Assembly: GCA_050230475.1 (NCBI GenBank)
Contig: JBFLGF010000032.1
Coordinates: 1 to 64,000 of the forward strand
DNA length: 64,000 nt
DNA from: Ancylonema sp.
Taxonomy: Eukaryota
Reading direction: 5' to 3'
This document shows, piece by piece, positions 44,987 to 58,326 of this stretch. Each line of letters begins with the position of its first letter. Position 1 is the first letter of the stretch. The translations under genes and the position numbers were made by a program. The notes beneath the pieces were generated by a model. That model was not told where the DNA came from, did no database searches, and saw only the letters and a list, made by a program, of their open reading frames with translations.

Positions 44987-47900
44987 GGGATTCGGAACCC
45001 GCCACCGACCGCCGTCGCCCCGCCAAAGTGAACCAACAAACGGAGCGCAGAATCGAGCGGAGGAGATGCAGCGACGTCGCCATCTTCTCTTCCATCGTAG
45101 GTGTCTTAAACTCAATACCCGAACCCTCATCAACCCAATCTCTGAAACGAGAGACTTCACCCCCCAGCTGTGTGTGAACCTTTGGGGCTTCACTGTGAAT
45201 AGCAAAGTGAATCGAGGTTGGGGGTTGGGAGTGTTGCGCGCAGGTGGTGCTGGGGATGGCTCTCATCGCCTGGTCGCAGCAGAGAATAGAGACCAGATCC
45301 GACTTCAAGTCGGGCGACGCTGCGGTACGTAAACTACTTACCCTCAGGGGAGGAGGGCCGGGGTCCAAGGGGCCGGGGGTTGGGAAGGGTAGGGGTTCCC
45401 CTTTTCTAGGGCGGTTGAGATGAATCCGAAGCTACAAATCATTGGCGGTGAGGATAGTCACGCATGTGTAGGGAGGTAGACGGGTACCCTTACCAAAGGA
45501 AACAGCACGCTGTACGGAATACATCCCTAGTCCCCTCCCTCCCTTGCAGCGAGAGATGCGGTCCATGCTCACTTCCGCCGCGTTGCGCATCCGAGCCATG
45601 GAAGAGAAAGCGGAGCAGTGGGGGATGAGTCTCATTGGGGAGGAGGAGGGGGGGAAGGGGTGGGGGCAGCGGAGGAGGGGGGAGGAGGAGGAGGAGGAGG
45701 AGGAGGAGGAGGAGGGTGGTCTGACGCTCGCCGACCTTTTCCCGGAAGAGGAATGGCATCCCGTGAACGAGAAGGCGGAGGTGGTCGATTTCGGGGTTGT
45801 GGCCAAGGATCCCACAGGGACGTCTACCCTGGGGGAGGCCCTGAACCCCCACGCCCTCCCCCAGATTTGGCTGCACGACTGTTACAAGGAGGCCGGGAAA
45901 AAGGACGCAGTGGTGGCAGAAGTGTGCGACGGCCCCCTGTTGCCGTGCCCGACTTTTGCCGGGTGCGGCAATGCGGGGGGGGGGGGCAGTGGGAGGGGCG
46001 TTCTGGCCGCACAGTGTGAAATAGCAGGGCTGGCAGAGGAGTCCTGGCAGGGGAAGCCCCCTTTAAACGTGGCGGGGAGTGTGGAGACGCAGAAACCGTA
46101 CGATGTAAGAGAGGGAGGGGGGGGGGGGGCATGTGCGGTGGGAAGGGCAGGGGATGGGAGGGGAGACGAGGGGAGGAAATCTGAGTGGGGAGTTTGGGGG
46201 GGGGGTGTGTGTGCAGGGTCTGGTTTTTTTGGTGGAGAATGTGTACGTGGATGCCTTTGGGACTGTGTTCAACGCAACGCATTCGTTTCGGGCGGGAGGC
46301 TGCCCTCTCCCTGCGGAGGATTCGAGACGGACGTTCAGTGCGAACACAAAGTGAGACAGATGGCAGCCTGCTGGTTGGGGGGAGGGTAGGGGTGGGGGGG
46401 ATGGACCTGGGTGTCGGATTCTGGGTTGCCTCTGAGCAGAGAGGATTCTCCATTCCCCTCTGTTCACTGCTGTCTCACAAGGGAGTTGACTTTCGGGACA
46501 GGGAGACTGACTCTCCTTCTTTAGCTGACAAAGACTTTCACCCTAACCATGACATTGACTTGGACCATAACTGTTACATTGACTTTCACCTGAAGTTCAA
46601 CATTGAGTCCGCGTTCTCTGCACCTTACCCACTTCCCCCCCCCCCCTGCCCCCCTCCAGAGTGACCCAGTTCGCCCTCCTGGCCTCCCTAGCGGGTTGGC
46701 ACGGCGGCAGCTACTTCTACGCGCTCTTCGAGACCCTTCCCGACCTCATCCTGCTACACCCCATACTCACAGAGTACCCGGTCAGTTACCCAACCCCCCC
46801 CCCATACCCCCTGCTGCCAACCGCCTACCGTAAACCCTCAATCGAATGATACGAAAAAAGTCTGTGGAAATTGTGTTGTTATATCGAAGAAACTCCTGGT
46901 GGGGACACATGAGGAAAAATATATGGAGATACGTGTCATGATATCGAGATTGTCGTTATAAAGAGGGTTGTTATATCGAGGTTTTACCGTAGTGTATTGA
47001 GGGAGGGTGCTGGGAGGGGGTTGGATGCCCTCAGGACGTCCCCCTGGTGGTGGAGAGGAAACAGCTTCGAGACTCGTCCGTGTTTTCAGAGGCGGGGTTC
47101 CAACTCTCCTCTCTCAACACCTACTCGCTTTCAAAGAACGGCGAGGAGAAGGAGCAGGAGGTGTTTTTCGCGGAACAGCTCATTCTGCCGGCCCGCCAAT
47201 GGTGCAGCCACCCGGGCAGAAAGGTGGTACAGCGGATGCAGAAATACCTCAAGGCAAAAGTACCGCCGCCCCTCCGCCCGTACGCTCCGTAACCACCTCA
47301 TAAAATGAGACCCCACCAGTAAACAGCCGACAAAATACACACTCAAACCCCGATGTAAGAATCTAAAAAAAATGGAAAAAATGTTCCTTGTAGCGGATGT
47401 TTCTCGTGTAAATCACATTTTGAGTGTGAAGTAATAAAAAAAAAACCGAAAAATAGTTCTTATGGCGATTCGTTTCTTGCAGTTTCTTACATCGAGGTTT
47501 GAGTGTATTCGAATCTAACCCCCACCCCCCCTCCCCCCCTCCCCGACTTGGAAAAAAAATAGGGACTTTGATCCGACCAACATCAACACCCGGTACGGCG
47601 GCAATGATTGGCAGATTCTGGTACTCAGCGTGCGTCCCGAGGGGTCCCCCCAACCAATCGCAGAGCAGCTTGCTTCCCTGTACACCCCCAATCGCGTCGC
47701 CACAGTCTGGGGTGGCGGCAGGGGCGACATGGGGCGCGCGCGCGCGCTGTTCGGTACCGCCATCCTCGTCATCGGCGAGCACACGGACGCGCTCTCCCAC
47801 ATCCTCTTCATGCGTCCGCGGACGGCCGTCCTCGAAATCAGATCCGAGGGGTACGAGAACCGATGCTTCCACTACCTGGCCGACCGACTGTTTCTGGACT

Positions 47901-50009
47901 ACTATTTGATGAGGGGGAGGGGGAAGGCGAGGAAGGCTCTGATCTACGACGTCAGGGAGGTGGTCGGGTTGGTGAAAACCATTTTGCCGATTCCGGCGGA
48001 GGGGTGGGCAGCCAAGGGGGGGGATGGGAAGGAGGAGGAGGAGGTTGGGGAGGGGGGGGGGCTGGGGGAGGCGGAGGAGGAGGAGGGGGGCGGGGAAGGG
48101 GAAGGGGAGGCATTGGCAGCTATGACAGGAAACGCGAAGACGGTATTAGATATCCGGAGCGATGGGAGGGCGGTTATACGCGGTTATCACAACCATTCGA
48201 TCGGTTGGGGCCACCTGGGGACCCGCATCGCTTTTGACTCCCTGACCCCCCTCATTCTGCACTCCAACTACGTGGACGCGTCCACCAACGGGACGCGGGC
48301 GGCCGCGAGCGAGAGGGTGACAAAACTGGAGTGCCCGCATTTCGCCGCGTGCGCCAACAAGGACGCGTCGCTGGCGCTGGGATCGTGCCAGGTGGCGCGA
48401 ATCACGGACGCGCCGATCGCGGGCAAGGTGGCGATGAAGAACCGCGGCGGGTACGCGGAGGGCAGCGAGGCTCCGGGCCAGCTGGCGTTCGAGGGCCACG
48501 TGTTCCTCCTGGAGAACGTGTTCGTGAACGCGTTCGGTGTGGTGTTCAACCGCACCCACGTGTTCCGCGCAGGGGGCTGTCTGCCGGGCACCAAACCCTC
48601 CCTGCCCACCTACAGCGCAGCCACCAAGTAAGGGAGGGAGGGAGCAGAGGCCGAGGGAGAGGCAGGGGCAGGGGCAGGGGTGGGGGCAGCAGGGGTGACG
48701 GGGGTCGTTTGTGCCAGGGGTTGCCTCTCAGGGTGTCCAGGTACGACGTACTCACCTCGCTGGTGAGTGTGAGCGGGGGGATCTTCTACCATTCCGTCAC
48801 GGAGCTGCTGGGGAACCTGTACCTCATCGACACAATACTGACAACGCACCCGGTACAGCCACTCACCGCGCTCCTCGACCCTGAACCCCAGACCCCAGAC
48901 CCCAAACCCCAAACCTTAAAACCTGAACCCTGAAATATGACCCCCCCCCCCCCCCTGGGCAGCACCTGCCCGTGTTGATGGAGTCTTGGCAGCGTAACGA
49001 CGCGCCTCTCCTCGCGTCCGCTGGTCACCCTTCCCTCAACGTCAAGTGGCTCAACCGCAAGAAGGACGCGGTTGCCTTTGCCACCCTCCTGCTGCTGCCC
49101 GCCCACCCGCGCTGCGGCCGCCCCCCGGAGTCGCTGCTGTGGGCCTCCCGGGGGAAGTACTTGGGGGTGGAGAGGCCAGACCCCCTCCCGGAGGCAGACA
49201 GCCGGGCGGTGGGGGAGCTGCCAAGGGCGAAAGATTGGGTGGTCCTGGTGATGAGGAGGGTGGAGAACGACGACCAGGACCTGCTGCTGCTGGCGCTGCA
49301 GAACATCTACGGCTACGAGCGCGTGATGCAGTATCGGGCCAATCCGAGCGTGGCGGACAAGGAGGTGTTCGGGAGGGCGGTGGTGATCGTGGGGGAGCAT
49401 TCGCAGGGGTTCACGAATATGATCTTCATGAGGCCCGGGTGTGCGGTGGTGGAGATCCGGCCGGATAAGTACCAGAACCAGGTGAGGAGGGGTGGACGGG
49501 GTGACGGTTGCGTACTTTGGTAGGATGCGTGGGATGGGTGAATGAGTCTGGAATGCACAAATGGGTGTATGTAGGTTTGTATGTATGTTTGTATTTTAAC
49601 GTCTATCAATGTGCACGTGCACATGATAACGCACACGTGTGCGTGAATTTTGTATGATGAGACGCTTGTAGACATTTGCTTTGCACTTACACATTTTTGT
49701 ATATAGTGAAAAGCGATGCAACAAGTGGAGATCTGAGATTGTCGACTAAGTGTGGTTCGAGGGCATTTTTGCTATGAGACAAAGCATGGAAGTTGTTGCT
49801 TCGGTAGTATATCGGCGAAGAGCTGATTTGGTCTTAACTTGTTTCTGATTTTGGAGCAGGTGTTCCATTACTTGGCGGACCGAATGCATCTCCAGTACTA
49901 CATGGTGGCGGGCAAGGGTGCGCGGTTGGGAAAAGTGGAAGCGGATCTCGATGAAGTGGTGGGAGTGGTGAAGGTCATATTGCCACGCAACAAAATCAAG
50001 GATTTGTAG
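44987..50009 (+). CDS. Predicted type II membrane protein with two tandem GT61 (DUF563)-like glycosyltransferase domains; start codon unresolved
   Basis: Signal anchor VAIFSSI|VVLGMALIAW. Repeat 1: LVENVYVDAFGTVFN..FRAGGC..YFYALFE..FGTAILVIGEHTDALSHILFMRPRTAVLEIR..FHYLADRL. Repeat 2: LLENVFVNAFGVVFN..FRAGGC..FYHSVTE..FGRAVVIVGEHSQGFTNMIFMRPGCAVVEIRP..FHYLADRM. Stop TAG at 50007-50009. Confidence 0.75.
46828..46989. mobile_element. Short intronic MITE (TA flanks)
   Basis: TA|CCGTAAACCCTCAAT ... ATCGAGGTTTTACCG|TA, internal GTTATATCGA repeats; imperfect TIR. Confidence 0.55.
47340..47505. mobile_element. Short intronic MITE
   Basis: TIR CACTCAAACCCCGATGTAAGA / TCTTACATCGAGGTTTGAGTG followed by TA; AT-rich core inside a GC-rich gene. 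Confidence 0.75.
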
Positions 50010-51340
50010 GGGGGAGGTTTAGGTCCGGGGTGAGTGTATCGTTAGCGGGACGTGATATTATTGTCTTCAGAAGTTTTTGTGCACGGCAAGTGGTTCTTTT
50101 GTCCATATTTCTTGAGTGTGAATGACGTGTCGTGCATGTATTACTTGTGTCGGAGCATTTTTGATATGAAAAGAGATAGTAGTGACCTGTAACAATGACC
50201 TAGAACGCATAGTACATTGTTGTGTAGTTTATTTGCGCAAAAGAAACAAGATTGTAGGTCTCACAAATCAAAGACTTTTGGCACAGATTCTTCAGAACGT
50301 CATCTTATACAAGCAGTGAGTCAGGTTGCTTTGGACTACTGGACCGTTGTGTAATTTGCTGGACATGTACGTTCGTCTATGTTCCTTCTCAAAAATTGTT
50401 TGTTGACTTTGGGGAACGTAGAATTGCTTGCCCCATCGCTTCATGTTGGGGTTGAAATTCACAAGTTCTTCTTCACGGCCCAACTCACAAATCAACGCAT
50501 CGTTAAATATAAAATGGTGCCCGCAATAGACAGTGGCACCCAAGAAGCACAACTAGACCTCACTTGCAATGGTAGTGAGAGCATGTTCCATTGTATCTAG
50601 TGGAGTATGGATGACGTGTTTGAAATCATTGGCCAGAATCGACCGCCTTCACTTCTCACCAATTGAGGCTTTAGGGGCCTAGACTCCACCAACGACTCAA
50701 TTATACTTCTAGGCATCAAGCGAGTCCGTGTGTTGTGTGTCCGATATTCTACATTACGTGTCGGCGTGCAAGTAGTTACGCCGAAATTAGATGGAGTGGC
50801 CATAAGTCCGCGGCATAAAAGCCCGTTGAGCACGCCTTGCGTGCTTCTTTTTATGTTAATCAACGTGTATAACTCATGCTTTCGATAAGCAACACTCAAC
50901 ATCACAGACCGTGACGGTCTTTCCAACCATCAAGTGGCTCTCCCCTCCTGTGAGGATTATGTTTGAATGATTAGGAGCGCGGTCGCCTTTTAATCACAAG
51001 AAAAAGAGGGCCCTCGTCTCGGAAACCCGTCGCCGTCATAAACTTGAGCCATACTATACTTATTTTTCGTACGGTTTCTTTACAAAGATACTCTTTGTTT
51101 GTACTATAAAAAAAATGTCACGTGCCAAATATCATACTTAGAGTCACGTGTTACAGCGATGGCAAATATTTTCCGGGTAAATTTTTCCATATATCATCAA
51201 TGATAATGACCAGGTTAGTATATGGAAAAAATTACCAATAAATTTACCAACAATTTACACGTACAAAGTTTGTTGTGTTTGATAGTGTCGAAGTGTTGGA
51301 ATTGAGGTGTCGTGTTGAGATACAATGCCAAACGTGTGTA

Positions 51341-52017
51341 CCGTACTGGGCACCATAAATGATTTTAAATTAATTATTGAAACCCGAAAGTAATCATTTA
51401 AACTAATTACTAAATGGTAGAAAAAGGATACTCAAAATCATTAATAAAACCCATTTTAGGAATCATTTACGGGAAATTTGGGGTCACCTGGATGTGACTC
51501 TGTCTGTGACGAAACGGGCTACACGACAAAGTAGGGACGTGCAAAAGGACACATTTTTGGGACGAACGAAATTTTCGACGTCAAAAACTACGTACCGGGC
51601 CCTATGATATGGGAGATATCACCGATTAAACGCGCTACACGACAATATAAGACCATGCATAACGACAAAATTGTGGCCGGTCGAGATATTGCGACTATAA
51701 CCGTATTGGTAGTACGAGTGCTAGCCGCTTGACGTGTGACGTCCAAATGTACGGTAAATATGTAAGAATGGCCCATATGCGAGTGGATAACGACAATTCG
51801 TTATAATTGTAATTCCCAAACAAGGAAATCTTTTACGCTTTTTATTCCTACAATCCGGAATCATCCCCGAAAATCATTGATAATAAATAACGGATTATTG
51901 GAATCATTCCCAGAAATCGTCGACAATAACTAACCGAATCCCGGGATCATTTGAAAAAATCATTACGAAAATAATTAATTTTGGAAATACAGAAATCATT
52001 TAGGGTGCCCAGTACGG
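51341..52017. mobile_element. MITE with CCGTA termini and TA TSD
   Basis: TA|CCGTACTGGGCACCATAAATGATT ... AATCATTTAGGGTGCCCAGTACGG|TA (24-bp TIR, one mismatch). Confidence 0.88.
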
Positions 52018-53261
52018 TATGTCCCAATCCAATGATTTTCAAGTAAGACGCGCACGGATAAGATTCGAGTACCCATGCTCTTTGAGGGCGATTGGGGCGT
52101 ACGTTATGTAGTGCCAAGTGAGCCTTTCTCAGTCTAGTCCATGGTCGGACGATGATTTTCATATAGGAAGGCCGTTCCTATGGCAAATCTCAAGTATGCT
52201 CTCACTTAGAGCTCTGAAATGACCGTGATCCAAATCGGGATTCCACCCCCGTCAATACCGACCAAATTACCGGCATTACGGTATTACAGTCACTCGTAAT
52301 GTCGTAAGCGTGTAGATTTACGCTCGGCCAATTCGAAGACGAGGTTATGGCGAATGTCGATATCGAGCCGGCATGTTCAAGTCCACAAGAGCAAAATATA
52401 TTGAACACGTACGGAAATTACACAGTCGTATGTTTTCTATGATCGCACGTGATTAATAAAACGTTCACGAGTAACTTCTCTTAGTTTGTAACAGCAATGT
52501 CATGATCATATGTACGGAAAGGTGCATTTGTCTTTCACAGTACTTATTTGAGTACTACTCTCGATATATGACTTGGTAAAACTACATCTATGAGTGTCCC
52601 TCTCTATCCTCGATTGTCCTCCACACTCCCCAACTATCCCCATGATGCCACAAACTCCCCCCTCCTTCCAGCTATGGCACCCCAAGGCACAAAATGAGTT
52701 CATTAGATCCGAAAGCAAGTCTACTTACGATGTATGCAAACTATGTGCGTTTGAAATGAATAAAGGAGCTAACGAAGACGGTTTAGAACAATGAAAAGCG
52801 TACCGATATAAATGTGGATGCAAATTTCAAGGCAATACTACATGAATGAAATAGTAAATAATGAAACCACGAAAGTATTTGGGCACGTTGTTCGCAGAAT
52901 AGCGAAGCAACAATGCAATTAAGTGTTAGAGGCATCACCTCCAGAAATATTTTCCCTCTTTCGTCCAAGAATACCCGCATCGCTTCAAGGTCGTCTTTGT
53001 AAGGTAGAGCTTGTCCTTCGAGAAAATAGGGTGCCTACGTCTAGATGGGAGTTGGGTGATTTAGGGTTGCACGACATGGCACCAGATCACCCCGCATGGC
53101 TCGTCCGACACGTACCGTATCCGACACGGCGCGACACGGCTAATAGGATGTCAATAGGAAATAACGGCAAGTTTTTCTCGATACGGCGTGTCGGACACGT
53201 CCGTCTCCGACACGAAAGGCGTGTCGCAAAAGTTGCACGCCGTGGCGTGCCGTGCCATTGC

Positions 53262-54670
53262 TAGGGTGGGACCCGCCCGCCAGAATCGGTGGCGGTCGGC
53301 GGTCGGCCGCCCGCCGACCGCCTTCGAACGCCGCCAACCGCTCCGATCGCCATCCGACCGCGATTCCGCCACCCGACCGCGATTCCGCCGTCCAGCTGCG
53401 GATTTCTGGCGGTTGGACGGTTGGACGGCTGTGGGAAAAAAGAAAAAAACATGAGGCGTTTCTTTAAATATAATGGTACACTGAATTTATTAATGGTAGG
53501 TCCGCATAGGTCATACGAGTACTGTACACTCTCGATTTTTCGCGATTGTGAATATAGATTTGTGATCCCGTGTACCGTACCAGCCAGAGATAACGCAGAG
53601 ATAATTACTATTTTGACTGGCGTAGACGTTTTCGGCGTACTAACATAATTATTTTGAACACTTTGGCGCATAATTTTAACCCTCATAAATTAATAAAATC
53701 GACGATAATCTGGCGCAGTACAAAAATTAAATACAAAAAATTACAAAACACATGGCGCAGTTGAAAATTATTTAATCAAAATTTGCCTTGCCCACACTTT
53801 TGGCACGTACTAATTAATTAATAAATCTTTGGCGCAACTGTTTGGAGCCTACTTTTAATATTTTTTCCGATTTGCTGGCGCATTGTCTCTGGATGGTACG
53901 GTATTGCGAAATATCATGATGTTTTGATTTGAAACATATATTATTTGGAATTGGTTGGCATTTGGAACCGGTTTGCAGAAATAACGTTGTTATAGATAAG
54001 TTATTGACAATACTCTTATCGTGGAAACATTGCGGCGTAGATGTTTATATTTACCCATGATTTTTCGTCCATAAGTGTTATGTACTACAACTTGTAGTTT
54101 ACAAGATGGTGAAAGTAAATAATTTATTGTGCGTGTAGCCTAGCATCTTTTTTCGTTTTCCGTTTCTCATGGCGTTATAGTGTGCACTCATAAAAATGGC
54201 AACGATGGCCCCTTAGGAGGCAAAACGTTGGAAATCCGACCATTGTTTATAGAAATATCGACTTTAATGTTGCAAATCACCGCCTTTCAACTACAATGGG
54301 CCCAAAAAGTTGATCCGAACATGTAACCAAAGGAACTAGAAAGTATATTACAAAAAAAGAAAAACACACAAAACAAATCACTTAAGTCAATGCTAACCTC
54401 CTCAAGGCTCACAACCAAACTCTGACCGCCCCGACCGCCGTCCGACCGCCTCCGACCGCCCCCCGACCGTTCCGACCGCTACCCGCCCGCGATTCTGCGA
54501 TTTACGCGCCCGCGGGGACTGGGGCGGTCGGGACGCGTTCGGACGGCGGGCGGCGGTTGGACGGTCGGACGGCACAATCACGGCCCGGTGGCGGAAACCC
54601 GGGCGAAAGTAGGTCTGGTGAAATGGCGGCCGGCCGACCGGCGGTCGGCGGCCGGCGGGTGCCCACCCTA
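53262..54670. mobile_element. Second copy of the non-autonomous hAT element seen at 17571
   Basis: Same TIRs (TAGGGTGGGACCCGCC / GGCGGGTGCCCACCCTA) and colinear interior. TSD is not clean. May itself sit inside an older hAT-like element starting near 53062. Confidence 0.9.
53575..53901. mobile_element. MITE nested in the hAT copy; TA TSD confirmed by an empty site
   Basis: TIR CCGTACCAGCCAGAGATAA / TTGTCTCTGGATGGTACGG. The paralog near 17900 reads GTG-TA-TTGCGA with no insertion. Confidence 0.92.
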
Positions 54671-55149
54671 GGCCCGTTGCAACTACTGGGGCGAGTTTAG
54701 CCCAGCTGAGCCACTCTGTAGCCCATAGCCACGTCGGGATAAAACCACTGGAAGCTTGCCACGCGGAGTGCAGGCCGCCAGCAGGCCGACAATCGTGTCG
54801 CTTGGTCTTAGTCTTGAAGTAGTAGCTTGAATGTTAAGCACGAGTACTTCAGTGTGATCGACTTACTTACGTTGTCTGTCGGCGCGATCGGTTAATTTAA
54901 TATTTTTTTGCATCCGCACAGATCTGGACCGTTCAACTACCATAAGTTATATCTGAGCATGTAAGGGCAGAAAGTACTGCCCAATTTACTGACAGTTCTT
55001 GTGCTTGCATCTGAGATTTCAGGAGCAAAGAGCAGCACGGTCTTCGGTGCCAGGATGTCAGCAAAGTGGTACCTTTTGGAATCGGTTTTGTGGCTTGTGC
55101 GGACGTCATTTGCAGATCGTAGTCCGACTTTGTAGTTCGACTGTGCGGA

Positions 55150-58100
55150 ATGTATGGACATGGCAGACGACTTTCTCTGATGCCATCCTTCGCTCGCTCG
55201 CCGATGTCTGGCAAAGCGCTCCTGATGTGCAGTCCTCCACTCACGATGTCGAGTGACAACGAGAGCACTCTTTCGCGGGATAGCTCGACCTCCAGTGGCT
55301 CCACTAGCAACCTTGCAAAAAGCAGGCCGTGTACAAGCCCCAAATTTCCGGGTGTAAGTGGTCTTAGTAAACTTCACTTGCAGGCGAGTACGGGAGAGAG
55401 GGAGGTACTGTCCCCGCTGAAAATTCTTTCTGCAGACACCAAGCCGGATACTCCGCCATTGAACAGGAAAAGACCCCCGAAACTAGAACTGCTACTGTTA
55501 GATAGCCCGCCCGCAGAAACTAGTGCAGTCAAATTTATGGACGATGTCGATGAAACGAGCGACGAGGTCAGTGTTGCAGGACTCTACTATGGGGTGTATT
55601 GTAAAAGGGGTCGAACGCGAGAGGTTCTTGAGGACTCGTTTCAATCACTTCTAGACATTGGGGGCGATTCTATGCAGGTACCAATGCCTGGATTGGATAG
55701 ATGCATGGTATCAGTACAAGTGAAGGGGTGCTGTATTTTGTATGTAGTGCATTTTGTTAAACCCTTCATCTCAATTCGACAACGGCTCTCTTTCCGTACT
55801 CCTTTCATACCGTTTGACATATTATTTCATAAGTATAAGTTCTTGAGAAACAATGAAAAAGACAATCATTGAAGAATGGAGTTTCCTTAGCAGTCGTCCG
55901 CTGAGGTCCAGGTCGCCAAAATCATGGAAACCAGTCTGACTGCTAGGGCTTCGTAAATTGATACTGAGTTCTATTTTGCAGAGGTTCGTTGCGCCAGTCT
56001 TTCTAAATTGATGTCTGGTAACTTTATGTGCTTGGGCAGGCTGCTTTTGGTGTCTACGATGGTCACGGTGGTCGGCGAGCGGCTGAATATGCATCGCAGT
56101 ACTTGGCGACCAACATCGTTGAAAGAATGGCTGCTGCGGTGGAAGGTGGCTTGCCATTAGAGGAAGCTGTCAAGGATGGATATCTAATGACAGATAGGGA
56201 GTTCTTGAAGCAGGTGATGTGGTGTGTTCAAGAGTTTTGACTTAGATTAATCCATCCTATATCTTCTTGCCAGCTACGTCGCCAGTTGTTGTATAAATTT
56301 TCAAATAGTTACTATGGCCCCTTCGGCTCTTCGGCTCCTCGGCTCCATGGTTACTGTGCAGTCACGTCGGTCATGTATTGGTCGCTGTATCCATCGCTCT
56401 CGCATATCATCACTTTGCTCCTTTCACGTATGACCAAGTGTTCAGTTTCCCGGTTTGTTTAGAAGTCCTTGTGCAGTTGGCTATGTACGCGGAGCAATCT
56501 CCAAATCCATGGAAGCAATGAAACGTTGTGACTGACATTCCCTCCTTTCCCTGGCTGGTCTGGTTGCAGGGAGTGAGCAGCGGAGCCAGCTGTGTGACCT
56601 GTGTGGTCCGTGGGGGTTATTTAGTCGTGGCCAACGCAGGAGACTGCAGAGCCGTGCTCTGTAGAGCAGGCCAAGCGGAGCCTCTGACTATTGATCATCG
56701 GGCCTCCAGACAAGACGAGCAGGAGCGGATAGAGCGGCTTGTGAGTACCCGCGAACTGTGACTAGTCTCCATTAAACTACAAACACATAAAAAATGAGCC
56801 GGGTGCAAAATCGGATTGCAATGCGCCAATGTTGAAAGTACTGGTCAGTAATGTGTCATTGGGCCTCGGAATGCCCTTGCATGACATGGTGACATGCAGC
56901 CGTGTTGTCTGTCTCATAATCTCTACGTAAACCGGCTCAGATGTCATGGCCTCCTGCCGTTTGCACCTTACCACTTCCTGTGATGAAACTCCTTTGCCAA
57001 GATCCACTGCACAGCTCTATTCCTAAACCCTCGGGTCCAAACTGCGTTTCAGGGTGGCTACGTGGATTGCCAACAGAGGGTGCCTCGGGTGCAAGGCGTG
57101 CTGGCTGTGTCCAGAGGGCTTGGAGACATTGATCTCAAGGAATATATCATTGCAGAGCCTGACGTGTCAACTCATCGGATAACCTCAGACTGCGAGTTTT
57201 TTATTCTTGCATCAGACGGCCTGTGGGACGTCGTAAGACCCTGTCCCTCAACTTCCCTGAATCCTTTGATTGAGGTTTTCCTCATCACTCTGGACAGATA
57301 GAGACTTGCTTCATGTATCTGAGCTTGCAGATCGTCCCTTTGTCTCCTAGCACTGGAAGTCGGATGACAGGTCTATTTCTTCACGATTGATTCAGCGATT
57401 TATTCGGCTCTGTCAATTCTGCATACTCCAATCCCCGGAGAACGTCCAACAATTTCTTCAATTCTAAGTCGCAAGGTTTCTCGGCGTTTTTCTTATCGCA
57501 GGTATCCAATGACGAAGCCGTAAAACTTGCTTCTTCCTACTTCGAGAGTCATGGAACAAGGGAGGGGATGGACACAGGGGGCGGGCTGCCAGAAGTTGGC
57601 CCAATTCGAAGTGGGACAGAAGGTCCACCACTGGGCCTCTCAAAACGAAAGGAAAGATCTGTACCTGTTACTCCGAGACCAATGCCAAACAACAGCGAAC
57701 GCTCCTGGCCAGGGGCTACCCTCAGACGGACGCTATCAAAAAAGTCGTTAGAGGTTCAGAGTCCAAGGAAACAGGGGCCAATGAATGCGCAGGAGGGGGG
57801 GGTGGGAGCAGAAGTTTCTGTTGGCGCTGAGGGGGAGCATGGGAAGTGGCAGGAAGGGCAGAAGAGCCCCTCCAATCACGAGTTACTGAATGAGGTTGAG
57901 CTTTCTTCTTCGAGGGTGAGTCCAGGGGAGGCAGCTTCCTCGCTCTCGTCCAATGCAACGTTGTCTGCATGTCGGAAGCTGGTAGAGACTGCTGTGGAAC
58001 GCGGTACACCAGATGATGTCAGCGTTCTCATCGTGCATCTGGAGCACTTTCATCCAAGTGCAAGAATATCTCCGGAAGGCACCTGTCCCGGTCTGGGCAG

Positions 58101-58326
58101 AGATTTAGGAGAAGCTTTTGGAGGAAGGCCATTGGCCCTTCCCCTACCGACCCCGAGACGCATGCTACCACGATGCGAGTCCGGGACTCGACTCATTGTC
58201 GGTGATCCCTCTGTTGCAGGCCCGTCGTCTCCGATGAAACGGAGAATCAGTAGTGTGGACTTTGATGAAGACATGGATTTTTTTCCGCCAAAGCATCTTC
58301 CAGGCCCTTGTATCGAGATGAAGTAA
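55150..58326 (+). CDS. Protein phosphatase 2C, clade B (AP2C/MP2C)-like; exons 55150-55677, 56040-56213, 56570-56740, 57053-57232, 57502-58326
   Basis: KIM-like [91 protein letters not shown] introns, phase 0. Confidence 0.93.

Noticed and set aside
50292..50930. Possible decayed MULE-like transposase remnant (D.MEHAL...FLGATVYCGHHF, minus strand)
   Set aside because: Many stops and only a vague motif; not supportable without a search.
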